The translations under genes were made by a program, and so were the position numbers. Positions 37,629-50,174 of a stretch of DNA of 64,000 nt are shown in pieces. The stretch is from Lama guanicoe (lineage: Eukaryota), in the NCBI GenBank assembly GCA_013239625.1, contig MU053379.1, positions 2,648,866 to 2,712,865 of the forward strand. Direction: 5' to 3'. Numbering within the stretch: the stretch's first letter is position 1; each line of letters starts with the position of its first letter. The notes under the pieces are model-generated. The model was given only the letters and a program-made list of their open reading frames with translations. It ran no database searches and had not been told where the DNA came from.

Positions 37629-40600
37629 ATGAGTCCCTGTCTGCAGAACTCTGCTTTTATCCATACAATTAGTGACCAATCATTACCATTTCATCAAGTC
37701 CAGACTTCAAAATGTAACTTAAACTCGCTGAAAGCACAAACGCCAATGAACAGTTCAATACAACGTAGACATCGTGTCCTAAGACTGTGTCCAGTCCTGT
37801 TACAATGCAGTGTTTTAATCGGAATGTTGGCTGTTTTGAATGTTAGGATTAAGGACCATTTTGACCAAGAAAAGGGCCTTTGAAAGTGGCAATGCAAGTT
37901 CTTAAGGTTGAATGTTCATGGCAGAGAATTTAGAAATCCCAAAGCAAGAGGCTCTTGGTTTTCGGATGGGGAAGAGCGTTAGTGTTATTTGTTGCTTTGA
38001 CTGGTCGTCAAAGCTAGTGGTGGTCTGGTGTCCACTTAAAGGGAAACGCTTTTGCAAGAGTTAAGAATGTCTTGCATTAGCCATTGCACAAAACCCCTGC
38101 GTGCCTGCCTTTGTGCACTGAACAGCCAGGGGAAGAAGTCTGTAGAAATTAGTTTCTTGTCTTAAATGTAGGCTGTTTTCACTGGGTCCAATGCTTAATG
38201 ACACCTCAGGGCACCTCCCAGGTAGGTGGTCTAAACACACAGGTGCTGGAGGCATCTGAGAAAGTGACTCAGCCAAGTTAATTCCACTCAGGGTAGTGGC
38301 CCTTTTCAATGACTTGTCATGTAAGGAAAACTGGGAAGAAAAACGTTAACGTCCTGCCTTGTGGAAGCTCTTTTCCTGTGTAGCTTTTTCATCATTAGAG
38401 TCATGTTCAGACTCGAATTTAATTAGTCCCAGTCCAGATATTTCCCTCTCGTGGGTTGCTGTGAGGATTAAATAAGGTTTTACACATCCAGTTCAGGACA
38501 GACAGCATCTCATACGCGTAGGCTGTGGTTGTACTCATGGTTGCTTCTGCTGCCACATGTGTTGTTGCTGTGCACGGGAGGTTCGCCAGACTGTTGGCCT
38601 CAGCCCCTGCCATCCTGGGGATGGTGCACGGGGATCTGTGCACACCAGGCACCAGTCCGGTTGCAGAGAGGCACTGTGGCCTGAGCAGGAGCCTTGGAGG
38701 CTGCAGAGTTTGGAGAAGGCTTCCCCAAGAAGGGAGGGTTTGCGTTCAGCCTTTAAGAGGAGGTTGAGGGAGTTTGATTTGTATCCAAAGACAATGACCT
38801 GTCACCTTGGGCCAGGCAGACTCTGAAGGGCAGTAGTGGGAGAGGCGGTGGAGGACCTCAGACCAGGTTCAGCGCGTGACCTTTTAGAGGATGGGGAGCA
38901 GGGGGCGAGGCTTGCATTAGACAGCCCTGGATGAAGGTAGACCTCCTCACCTGTGGCACCCATGGCGGTAGAGAGAAAGGCATTGGTAAGGGCGGATTAG
39001 GGAGACGGCAGTGGCCAGTGGAGGCGGGGCAGCCGCGTACGCAGTGCAGCGCTGGGAGGAGCCACCTTTGATCCATTCGGTGGTCCTGCCGGCGCAGCTG
39101 TCTAGCTGACATCCGGGTCCCTTATGGGCTGATGGTGTCTGAAGCTGGAAACCAGAAGTAGGCACTTGATGAAAACGAGGAGCAGGGCTCTGTCCTCACA
39201 TCCATCATCACCGCTCCGCCTGTCAGCCCTCCTTCCTAATTACTCCAGAAGGAAGGCGGGCATTTCTCTTGACAGTCAGCTTTTGCTCCCTCAGGGCTAA
39301 TGTTCCTTTTTCTCGATAGTTCAGGGTGGGGTTAGCGGGAGGGAGCTGAGGGCAGAGCCCTTCTCCCAGAGTCTGAGAAAAAAATCCCCAGTGTCTCACT
39401 GGCTGTGACTGGGTGGAATGTCCATTCCCGTCCATCTGGTGGGAATCACACCCCAAACCCTGGGAAGCTCCAAGCCTAACTTTGAAGCACAGGGACTTGA
39501 GAGGAGGGGCTTTTTTGCTGAGGACAGTGGAGGGATTGTTCTAGAAGGACAGACAGATGCTGGTTAGCAGAAACCATGGGCGGTCACTAGGAGGCGGTTG
39601 GCTGTCCTCTGAATTTCTGCCCCTGGAGAACGCGCAGGGACCTGCGGGGAGAGTGCCACCACTCCCCGCCACGGTCTCTATTCTGTCGTGCCTTCCTCTG
39701 CTCCCAAAGGGGAGACAGTTCTTCTGTGATGGAATTCATCCAGTCTGAAGGAAATTGTTTCAGGGGCTCTGGAGTTGGAGGGGTTTGTAGATGTAAATTG
39801 TCCTAAACTATGAGGACCACTCCAGTACCCTGGAGCCCAGCTGACGTCACTGGCTTCCAACTGCAAGCAAAACCTGGAGGGTTGAGATGGGACTTCACAT
39901 AGACCCCTACTAACATCATGACGGTTTTCGGCATTAACTGAAACTGATTGAAATGCATCTGCTAGTACCTCCGTACCTGCCATGAAAATGAAAAGTAGGG
40001 TGAAAGTAAAAAACACTGCCTTAATGGCCCCAAATGGAGCAATCATTTTCATCTTTAGCTAAATACAGTTTACTGCCTTGTTAAAATATGTTTGTAAGAA
40101 AAGTATAACATGAAAATTCTGGTGCGTGAGTCACTGAACAAAGTCTTTGTCCTGCTATATCTAATACATTCTCCCTTTTTATTTGGTAGAGCAAAATGGA
40201 CAGGTCAGGTTTGGGTCATAGAAATCTTATGCTCTGACTTATAAAAAAATAAAAAGAGTATTTGCTGGTCTATTCTTGGACATAATATGTTTTTAAGTGA
40301 GTGATTATTTCACTATTTATTACTATTCTGTGATATCTATTTAAAATCCTTTCATTATGTGGTTATTTGCTAAAGTTAATTATCCAGATAAAATGCCAAT
40401 TAGAGGGTTTTTTTTTTTAAGGGAACATGTTCATTCATCTGCAAATATAGTGTAGTGGTGTGCACACTGGTTCTGAGATCAGAGTGGGCAGGTCTGATTC
40501 TGCTGAACCATCCTCTGCTGTGTGACCTGAAGCTCATTACATAACCTCTCTGTCCTCAATTTGAGCATAATGAAACTTGTCTCATATTCCTGTTCTGATC

Positions 40601-41540
40601 ATACATAATCACTGTTTCTTTTGAAGTGGAAAAGGAAATATAATTCTTCACTAAAGTACAATGGAATATGTAAATATACATACTTAGAAATAATTTAAAA
40701 TACATAAATTACAAAATGTAGTATATAATTCTTGTTTTCTCTGTTCTTAAAAATATAGTGACAATGAAGAAAAACTCTTATTAATATCTGTGTACATAAA
40801 TCCTAAGTTTATTTCTTATCCTCTTGAGATGTGATTTCCTGCCCAGAATAGCAGACCAGGAAACCCTTCTCGTCTCGTCTTTTCAGTTGATGCCTTTCTT
40901 CCTGGAGAACCCTTCATCTCTACCTCTCGTGTGCTTGCCTCCTTTTGGCGGTCCCGCAGTCCGAGTCGCTGGTGTGAATGGTGTAATCACCCGCACCTTC
41001 AGCGAGCAGGTGGCAGAAAGCAAAAGCACCACCGTCACCTTTATGCCGATGTTCCAGCGGCAGGTCTCAGTGCTTTTGCAGCCTGAGGTGGAGACTTGCC
41101 AGCTCGAGAGGTGGTGCTATGAATCATCCGGTCCCCTCTTCCTCCCCAGCTGGGCTGTCGCCACGAAGCCCCTCTTCCCTCTTGGAGGCGCCCTTGCACA
41201 CCTCGCCTCCAAGGTTGCTGCAGGTTCACGTGAGAGAATGCCTGGGTGCTCTTCCTGCCAACTTCAATTCCGGGAGCTTTCACACGGTCCTCTTTTTAAC
41301 CTGCCCTCCTTGCACTCTGCTTCCCGATTCAGATCTGCAGTCTCAGTAATGCATAATTTATTCCCTAGGAGGAGCAACAAAGATTGGCTTCCCATGCAAA
41401 CTGCCATGGTTAGATTCCATTATCCCTTTTGTGAAAATGCACCCAGACTGTTCTCATCATCAGTTCTCATTTGCCATTTCAAAGTAGGGCAGCCCACGCT
41501 TTCCCCTGTCACCACTCAGATCAAGTGCAGAAACTCATTT

Positions 41541-41648
41541 CTTTCTTTCTGTTTTTTAGCGGAGGTACTGAGGGTTGAACCAAGGACCTCGTGCATGCTG
41601 AGCACGCCCTCTACCACTGAGCTAGTTCCCTTCCCACCCTCTCCCCCC
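41541..41648 (-). mobile_element. tRNA-derived SINE, Vic-1-like (short-tail form)
   Basis: ggaggtactgagggttgaaccaaggacctcgtgcatgctgagcacg...accactgagcta. Confidence 0.85.
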
Positions 41649-42200
41649 CAAAACTGGTTGTTTCTTATTCATTAAATAAACTGAGCTGCAGAGAACACAG
41701 TGACCAGATCTTTGAACAGAAAACCAACATCCAGGGAAAAGCTTCAGCTTTTCCACCCTATTTCCTCCATCTATTCATGGAAGCTTCCAAAGAGTGCAGA
41801 CGACACCTCAGGAAGATGAAGGACGCCCCTGCAGTGTGTCACCTCCTTCTGAATATTTGCAAAGACTCCGAGAGGTACAAAGCACCTAAGTGGTGGAAAT
41901 GCATCGACTAATTAATCTTTAATGAACTGACATTGTCTGACCTCTTAAAACCTGCTGTGGGTGAACAGAGGCCATGGGTCCCACAGACCCTGGGGCCGCC
42001 CTCACCCCCGCCCCACCCCCACCCCGACAGCCGTTAGGACGCTCTGCGCCGGGCGGACCGCAGCCACCAGTCTGGTCCACCTGGGCTGGGACACACTGTC
42101 AGGCCCAGCGCCGCCTGTACCGAGCCCTTTGCCCGGTTGCTGTTCACGGCCCACTTCACCCACCCCCGCCCTCACCCCGCAACCACTGTCTTTCACCTAC

Positions 42201-42338
42201 TTTTTTTTTTTCATTAACACTGATGGACCCAGAGATGATCATACGAAGTAAAGTAAGTCAGACAGAGGAAGACAAATACGCTTTGCTATCATGTGTGGGT
42301 GGAACCTAAAAAAAAGTAAATGAGACAAATGAACTTAT
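42201..42338. mobile_element. Short L1 fragment: T run followed by a plus-strand L1 3' segment
   Basis: atggacccagagatgatcatacgaagtaaagtaagtcagacagag aligns with the L1 at about 30760-30870. Confidence 0.7.
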
Positions 42339-44929
42339 TCACCTGTTTTTTTCCCCCCACGTGTCCAAGATTTATTTGGGTTACTTATGAAAATGCATGT
42401 GCCTGGACCATGCCCCTGATGATTCTGATTCATCTTTATTCACCTACTTTTAAACTCTTTCTTCTCGCTCTGAGCCAGCGATTGAAGGAGATCCGTCTCT
42501 CTGAGGCCCTGTCAGTTCTCTCTCTGCCCTCCCTTTCTTTCTCTATTTCCTTTCCTTTCCCTCTTCCTCCTTGATTCAGCCCCAGATCCAGCCAACTGTC
42601 ACAATGTGATGGCCCCACACAGAGTGGAAACGTTTGAGAGAAAAGGGATCGCACTGGCAAAGAGTAACAGGCTGACTCTGTTGCATCAGGCTTGTGTAGG
42701 GATGTGTTTTGACCTGTGATGTGTTGTTATTTATGTAGTAAAAAAGCTATCCCAAAATTCTTCTGTGTTTTGTGGGTAACGAGAGAATGTAAGTAAATAA
42801 TCATCTAAAACATGTTTAGGGGGAAAAGTTTCATGACATCACATAGGCATTTATTTGCTATGTGCCCAGGATCACTGTAACTTTGGACTTTTGTTCAGCA
42901 AATATCCATACCCCTCCCCTCCACTGTGGGCAGTGTGCTCACCCTGCCTGGGTGTGGGCGTGGCTGCGGGACTTGCTTTGGTTAATGGTTAGTGGATTTG
43001 GTTAGTGGATGTCATGTCTTCAAGGAGAGGCTTGAAGGCTGCCTGAGCAGTGGCATCCTCCTGCTCCTGCATGGCCCCCTGGATAGAATATGCCTCAGGT
43101 ATCAGTTGGTCCACAGAGGATTCGAGACATATGGTGCAGGCCTGACCCTAACCACAGCTTGGACCAGATCAGCAAGTATCAGCCCACCCACAGATGTGTG
43201 AGCCCACGTGCACAGGCGTATGCTGTCTGGCATTGTTTTGGGGTATTTTGTTATGCAGCATTATCGTGACAACAGCTGACAGTTACACATTTGGGAGGTG
43301 GGAGTTGTTTCCAATTAAACTTAAAGACAGACAAAACTATTTAGAAGTTAGCATACCTGTAAGTAAACGTCTAATTTAGATATCAGAGGTTTTATGAAAT
43401 ATGTTACCTTTTGAATTGAACGCATCCTCCTCCCTCGCTGCCTGCAGTCTGTGGCTCTCCAAACCGCAGTGGCACCACAGTGCCTGGGCTTCCATGAGCC
43501 CACAGTGGAAGTGCCCATCTCACAGGGCAGTTGTGAAACACTCACATGAAGGGGACTGGAAGAATATTAAACTCCGAGTTGCATGGGGCCTCAGTGCTTA
43601 GATTTGTGTCACTGGAAATGAATACTGTTTTTGCGTGCATATTTTAAAGAGGCAGAAGAACTCACACCTTGGACAGTTTTAGGTTCACGTGTTGACGCTC
43701 GTGGAGGCTGGCTCTTTGCTGCATCAGCCAGCCGAGAGTCACACTTCACAGCAGGTGGGAGCTTCAATAATTTAAGCAAAATGTTGGCTCTTTCAGCCAA
43801 AGGAGAACGCAGCTCACCAAGGGATGCTGACGGCAGCATCTGAACAGAGCGGCACCCCTGTCACAAAACTGGGGCATCCTAGCCAAGGCAGGAAGGAGGG
43901 GCCTGGCATCCCAGGTCTGAGCCCCAGGAAGTATGGGAGCACTTCCTGGATGCTCTCTCCCTCAGGGAAGCAACCTGAAAGCTATTCTGGTTCCTTTTCT
44001 TCTAAGCAAATAAGATGAGCCATTATACTTCCTTTCAGTTTTGGATAGAAAGAAATTTTTGCATAATTTATTCCACCCAGTTGAATAAATACAGTTGCCA
44101 TTTATTTTGTCTTGCAAAATTCATTTTCATACCGTTTCATAAAAGGAGAAAAGAGAGAGATTCACAAATCCATCATTTTGCGGTAAAATTGTTACGGCTT
44201 GCCTGAAACGTGAGTCTACATGTTTCTTTTCTAGTGAAAAGGTAATAATGCCAATTCAATGTCAAAAATATCATATGGCACATCTCCCTCATTTTAATAG
44301 GATCAGTGGTTTTTAAGCTTATATAATTTGTACAAGAGCGCATCTCACTTCTTCTGTAGTATTTCTAAGAGATATAAATAAATGGCATAGAGTGTTACCA
44401 TCAAAATGCTCTTACACAGAGGAAATCTTTCAAGATTATTTTGTGATTTTTTATTTTTACTTACCAAAAGGACACCCTGCAGTCTCCTTTGTTAGGTGTT
44501 GACAATTTATATCCCAAAAATCAGAATTTGAATCTTTATAAAATTGTCTGTTACAAGCAGAATGTACAAGTCTTTAGTTCTCAAAAAAAGGGCAAACTTC
44601 CCTTGAAGTCGACAGGACTTAACAATTACGTATTAAAATATCTGTACCATCACCTACAGGAATAATTTTTTTCTTACTGCCGTCCTTTTCATCCCTTAGA
44701 AAGAACTCGTATTTATTGCAAACTTTTGCAATTACTTTTTCCTTAATGAGTATAGCAAACAGGGAACAAAAACAAGATAAAGGGTTTTTATTCTAGACAG
44801 TTTCATTTAGCATAATTTCAACTTTCAAATTACAGGAACATAAATGAATGGCCTACTTCTGTGTTAAAAGTACTTGACTACTTTGTGGGATGTTTTGTGC
44901 CAATTCTTTAGGAAATCATCTTGGTCGCC

Positions 44930-44942
44930 GTTGCTAGGAAAC
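44930..44942 (+). promoter_or_regulatory. RFX X-box-like motif GTTGCTAGGAAAC
   Basis: Close match to the palindromic RFX site. The host is a motile-cilia gene. Motif evidence only. Confidence 0.4.
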
Positions 44943-45076
44943 ACCGCTGGCTTCCCGCAGCTGAAAAAAAATGAGAGGGTTACAGGGAGCAATTCAGCAT
45001 TATGAGCCTTTGACTAATAAGGTTGTTGGGTTTTTTTTTTTAACTACGTATCTTAGCATGTCACCCCCCGTTCTAG

Positions 45077-45369
45077 GGCATGTCATTGTCTACGGGAACA
45101 CAATTGACACGTACACGACGGTGGAGGTGCTCCTGAGCGTCGGCGTGCGGGGCTCCCACATCCACCTGGTGCAGCACCCACCCACCTCCACCATCACCTG
45201 CATCAACAACTACTCAGTGGAAAGCGCGGTGGAGGACGCGCTCAGGGCAGCGGGGGTGACTGTGTACCGGGACGCGCTCCTGGCTCAGTGGAACGACGGC
45301 CAGGACCCTGACCCCATCCGCAGCGCCAGCTTCACCACGCCCACCAAGCCCTTCACGCTCCCCTGCTCA
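45077..45369 (+). CDS. CFAP61: CFAP61 internal coding exon (293 nt, phase 1->0): (G)HVIVYGNTIDTYTTVE...TTPTKPFTLPCS
   Basis: Acceptor cccccgttctag and donor TCA|gtaagt. Lies within ORF 44971..45489. Confidence 0.95.
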
Positions 45370-45486
45370 GTAAGTGGGTCCCCCCAAACCTCACTCACCA
45401 CCTGCGAGAGCCGCCACCTTCCTGGGACGTGGGATCTGGAAGGCGGTGGGCGGTGCATTTATAGTTACAGGGTTTGTTTTTTCATT

Positions 45487-45998
45487 TGAGAAAAGGTAGA
45501 TTTATTGAGAGAGATACATAGTCCATAGGCAGAGAGCAGGCTGTTGCCGAAGGCAAGAGAAAGGCCACAGAGGTGTGCGGGGGGTGCTTAGTTTAAAGTA
45601 AAAGCAGGTCCACACTCCATAGACCAAGTGCAGGTCATCTCAGAAGGGAGGGCGGCCGCGAGGTGCGGGGGCTGTTGGTTTTTATGGGCTCGGTAACAAG
45701 CGGGAGGGCTAGTCCAGCTACTTTGGGGGAGGGGCTGGGATTCCCAGGAGCTGGGCTGTCACCTGCTTGCTGACCTCTTATGGTCAGCCTCAGGACCGTC
45801 GTGGCGCCCGTGGGAGCGCCACTCACCATGCTAATGTATTACAGTCAGCATGTAATGAAGCTCAGGGTCCACTGGAAGTCAAACCTCCCGCCATCTTGGG
45901 CCTCAAGGCCTCCGGGGAGTTGAATCTCCGCTTTCCTGCTGTTAACTGCTGTGCCCTTCCTTCAATAGCGGTGCCCTGCCCGCTTCCTTCCTGTCTCA
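45487..45998 (-). mobile_element. ERV1-class solo LTR (resembles artiodactyl MER41-like LTRs)
   Basis: Reverse strand begins TGAGACAGGAAGGAAGCGGGCAGGGCAC and ends CA, with AATAAA near its 3' end (tttatt 45501-45506) and an internal imperfect ~90-bp repeat. No clear TSD. Confidence 0.55.
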
Positions 45999-47072
45999 TA
46001 TCTTCCTGCAGAACAGCTTTCTGAGACCTGCTCAGACTGTCCCAAGGCTTCTCTGCCCTTTCCATCATAAAACCCAAGTGCCTTGGCTTGGCATTCAAGG
46101 CCCCACCCCATGCTCTCTGCTCTCAACTTCAATTTCCAGGCTTAGCACTTGCCACTTCCCACCTGGACTGAGACCCTCTTGAAGACAGGTTGCATCTGGT
46201 TCGCCTCTGGGTGTAGTTACAGGGTTTGCTCCCTAAATGTTCAGATTTTCTATTGCTAAATACTGAGCCACCCAAACTTAGCGGCACGGAAAGACAACCA
46301 TCATTCGTTAGTATCTCTCGTGGTCCTGGGGTTTGACCGGGCCCAGTGGGCAGCTCCCCCGGGAGGTCTCTCATGTGGTTGGCGTCACACGGGGGGCGGG
46401 ACCGGAAGCATCGAGAAGGCGTGCTCACCTGCTCGTCCGGCCGTTGACGCTAGGGGAACTTCAGCTGAGATTTTGCCCAGAACACTTATAAATGATCTCT
46501 TTATGGGACCGAGCTGCCTTTCAGCATAGTTGGTTCCAAGAGCAAGTGGAAGAGAGAGACCCAGAGACACACAGAGAGACGGAGGGACACGCCGTAGCTC
46601 CTTCCACGACCTAGCCTTCGGAGTCAAGCAGATCACATCTACCACCCCTGTGACTTAGCGGCAGGTCACTAAGGCTCAAAGGGAGGGGACCCCGCTCTTC
46701 ATGGAGGGGCTGCCAGGATTTGAGGGCGCCAGCACTGGCTCAGAGCTTCCTTGTCCCAGGCCCCTTGCTGCGTGCTCGCAGGGCGTTCTGTCCCTCCTCA
46801 CAACAGCTCTGTAAAGGGAAGCGTCCCCACTGTACAGATGAGAACACCGCGTCCCCGCGCCAGCAGTGTACTGAGCTCCCCACCCAGGCCAGCAAGACCG
46901 CAGAGTCTGCGCTCTCCACCTCCTAAGCTTCTGGAAACAGCAGTGGTGGGTCTTTCCCCGTGGGGTAGAGACTTGGAAGATACGCATAGAGAGAGCGCTG
47001 TGCGCTGGGGCGTGTGACAGCTCAGCTCGCACCCAGAATACACAGCGGCGCCCGTTCAGATTAGCAGAGGCC

Positions 47073-47232
47073 CGGGGCGGGGGAGGGGCCAGTCCCCGCG
47101 ATGGGGAAGCCGGAGGCCCCTCCCGGGAGGGGGCGGAGGGCAGTGTGAGCACTGGAGTGGGGGGCGGGGCGGGCGTGGGCGGAGGGGCTGGAGAAGCCAG
47201 CAGAATCCGGCGGCGGGGGGAGGATGGGGGGG
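47073..47232 (+). other. G-run cluster with G-quadruplex potential
   Basis: More than 10 G3-G7 runs, e.g. ggggcgggggagggg and gggggcggggcgggcgtgggcggagggg. Confidence 0.7.
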
Positions 47233-47800
47233 TCCTCTGAACCCTCACCTGGGAGTAGGGGCCGGTCAGCCTGCGTCGGGGCTTCTCGCCCACATGCCCC
47301 TCGGGGTGGGTGACGGTGACCCTCATCCCCTCGAGTCTAGGCAGGACCTCATCCTGCCCCGATCACCCATGGATGATGGCTTTACACCCTGCCCTTCAGT
47401 GTGCCCACTTCACCCTCCGTTCCACAAATATTTATCCAACACCTGCTACGTCTCAGGCCCTGTCCTAAGTGGGAGGGAGATGGCAGTGAAATCAAAATCT
47501 TTTCACCAAAAGGATGGGGGGGTCCCCTGAACCCTCACCTGGGAGTAGGGGCCGGTCAGCCTGCGTCGGGGCTTCTCGCCCACATGCCCCTCGGGGTGGG
47601 TGACGGTGACCCTCATCCCCTCGAGTCTAGGCAGGACCTCATCCTGCCCCGATCACCCATGGATGATGGCTTTACACCCTGCCCTTCAGTGTGCCCACTT
47701 CACCCTCCGTTCCACAAATATTTATCCAACACCTGCTACGTCTCAGGCCCTGTCCTAAGTGGGAGGGAGATGGCAGTGAAATCAAAATCTTTTCACCAAA
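47221..47800. repeat. Direct tandem duplication, 2 x 290 bp
   Basis: 47221-47510 versus 47511-47800 are identical except T47236 / C47526. Confidence 0.97.
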
Positions 47801-49609
47801 ATTTCCCCCCAAAATGATCCTGGGATATGTGTGCCAGGTTTATCCCGGGGAACCTCTGGAGGCGAGCACGCGCCCTGTTTAGGAAGCAGAGGTGTAAGAA
47901 CCCCCTCCCCCCATTTCCCATTGAACACAGGTTCTCCAGCCGCCCCCCGCTGGCCTGCAGCTTAGTGCTTAGGTCAGACCTGGAGTCATGGCAAGGACAC
48001 CTTGCAGACAGATACCCTCATGTGCTTTGATCCAACACACTTTCCTGCCCGAATGTCCCCCTGAAGCCTTGAGTCAGACCCCGGCCTGTCTGCTGCCAGG
48101 TCCCACCTCTTGCTTCCCGCTCAGCTCTGCCCCACGGGAGCGGCCCCTGCAGATGACACTTCCGGCCCCATTGCTCTCTGACACGTAACTATGCTCCGCC
48201 GACAGTAGGTGCCGGTAGGAGGTTGGAAATTGCAGGAAGAGAGATGTCAGGGTGTTTATCCCCCCGACCTTTGGCTCTGGGCAGTGCCTCTGTCAGGGCA
48301 CCGGGGGACCTTTGACGGGGTGAACATATTCATTATCTTGACTGTGGTCTTGGTGTTGCGGCTTGAATCTGTGCCGGCAGAGACGTGGTCCTGATCACCA
48401 GCGCCTGTGAATGTGACGCCGTTTGGAAGCAGGGTCTCTGCAGTTGTGATCGGGTCAAGAGAAGGTCATCCTGGAGGGGGTGGACCCTAAGTCTAAGGAC
48501 TGGCGCCCTTACACAGAGAGAAGGATTTAATGGCCCAGAGGAGGCCCGAGAGGGAGGAGGCCACCTGCTGACGGAGGCAGAGCTGGGGCGAAGCGCTGCA
48601 GGGGCCGCTGGCAGCAGCCACGAGCTAAGACGACGCAGGGGACGGTCTGAAGTTCTCTGTCTAGCTAGACAGTTGTCAATTTCATTGATTTTTTTTCCCC
48701 AAAGATCCAGCTTTTGAATTTGCTAATTCTCTCTGTTGTCTGTCGGTTTCCTCTCTCATTGACTTCTGCTCTTAACAATCATTTCCTTCTTTCTGTTCGT
48801 CTTGGATTTGCTTCGCCTTTCTTTTTCTAGTTCCTTAAGGCAGAACCTTAGGTCATTATTTATACAAGCATTGAAAGCTCTGCGGTTTCTTCTGTTTGGC
48901 TGCATCCCGTGTGTTTAACGTGTTAAATTTTCATTATCATTTGGTTCAAAATGTTCTCCAGTCTCCCTTGTGATTTCTTCTTTGACCCTTAGATTATCCG
49001 GAAACATGTTGTCCTCAGATATCATGTTTTTATTGATTTCTGATTTAATGCCATTGTGATCAGAGACATATGCTTTGTGATTTCAATCTTTGAAGATTTA
49101 CTGAGACTTGTGTTATGTCCAGGCCAATGGATTATCACTGTGAACATGGAAGGAACGCGGAGTTTGCGGCTCCCGGGTGTAGTGTTCTGTGTTACCTGTT
49201 AGCTCGCTGGGGCTGATGGTTATGTCTGAATCGTCCATGTCTTCACCGACACTGTTTTGTCTAATTCTATCCATCACCAAGAGAGGGATATTAAAATCTC
49301 TTTCTATTATTGTGGAATTTTCTATTTCTCCCTGTAATTTTTTAAATTTTTGCTCCTTTTTGAGACTCTGTGTTAAGAATGTGAACCATTTATAACCGTT
49401 ATCTCTGCCTCCTGCACAGTGCTAATAATGATTATGAAATATCCTTCTTTATCTCTGGTAACATTCCTTTATATTAAGGTCCACTTTATCTCATATCCTT
49501 CTTAGGTTTGCTGTTTGCATGGTATATTTTTTCCTGTCCACTTACTTTCTACTTATCTGTGTCATTATATCTAAAATGTGTCTCTTATAGTTATTGTAAA
49601 GTAGCTTGT

Positions 49610-50140
49610 GTTAGTATTTTTATTGCTGCAAATACTAGACTTCGCAGCCTGACAGCACATGTCCGTTAGCTCATGGTTCTGTGCGTCAGAAGTCCTGGTG
49701 TGGCTGGCTTCTCTGCTCAGGGACTCTCGAGGCTAAAATCAAAGTGTCAGCCAGCGCTCTATCCAGAGCTTGGAGCTGCGGTAGAACTTAGTTCCTTGCA
49801 GCTGAGGACTGAGGTCCCTGTTTCCCTGCTGGCTCAGACAGAGTCCACTCTCAGTTTCTGGAGGCCACCCACATCCCTTTCCACATGGCCTCTTCCATCT
49901 GCAAGCCAGTGACGGAGAATCTCGTGGCAAATCCCCCTCACCCTTCCAATCTCCTTCTTCAGGAAAAGCCTGGTCTCTTTTTCAGGTCTCATCTGACAGA
50001 TCCACAGGGCATATCTGAAAGCCAGCTGTGCCTTAGGGCATTGCCCAGTCTACCCATCTCATCACGTTCACACTCAAGTTCATGCTGACATTCAAAGGGA
50101 GGGGTGAGAGTCTTGGGGACCAACCTAGAAACCTATTTAC
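49610..50140. mobile_element. MLT1 (MaLR) LTR within old L1
   Basis: ttattgctgc...ctcatggttctgtgcgtcagaagtc...ggcttctctgctcaggg...tcaaagtgtcagccag. Confidence 0.65.
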
Positions 50141-50174
50141 ACATCTTTTTTATCCTTTCTGACCATCTCTGCAT

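Noticed and set aside
8600..39849. Three full CRE palindromes TGACGTCA (8600, 31898, 39842)
   Set aside because: Isolated 8-mers; about one is expected by chance in 64 kb and there is no promoter context.
47294..47882. ORFs with repeated peptides (MPLGVGDGDPHP...)
   Set aside because: A by-product of the 290-bp DNA duplication. The unit is not a multiple of 3 and has no coding signature.
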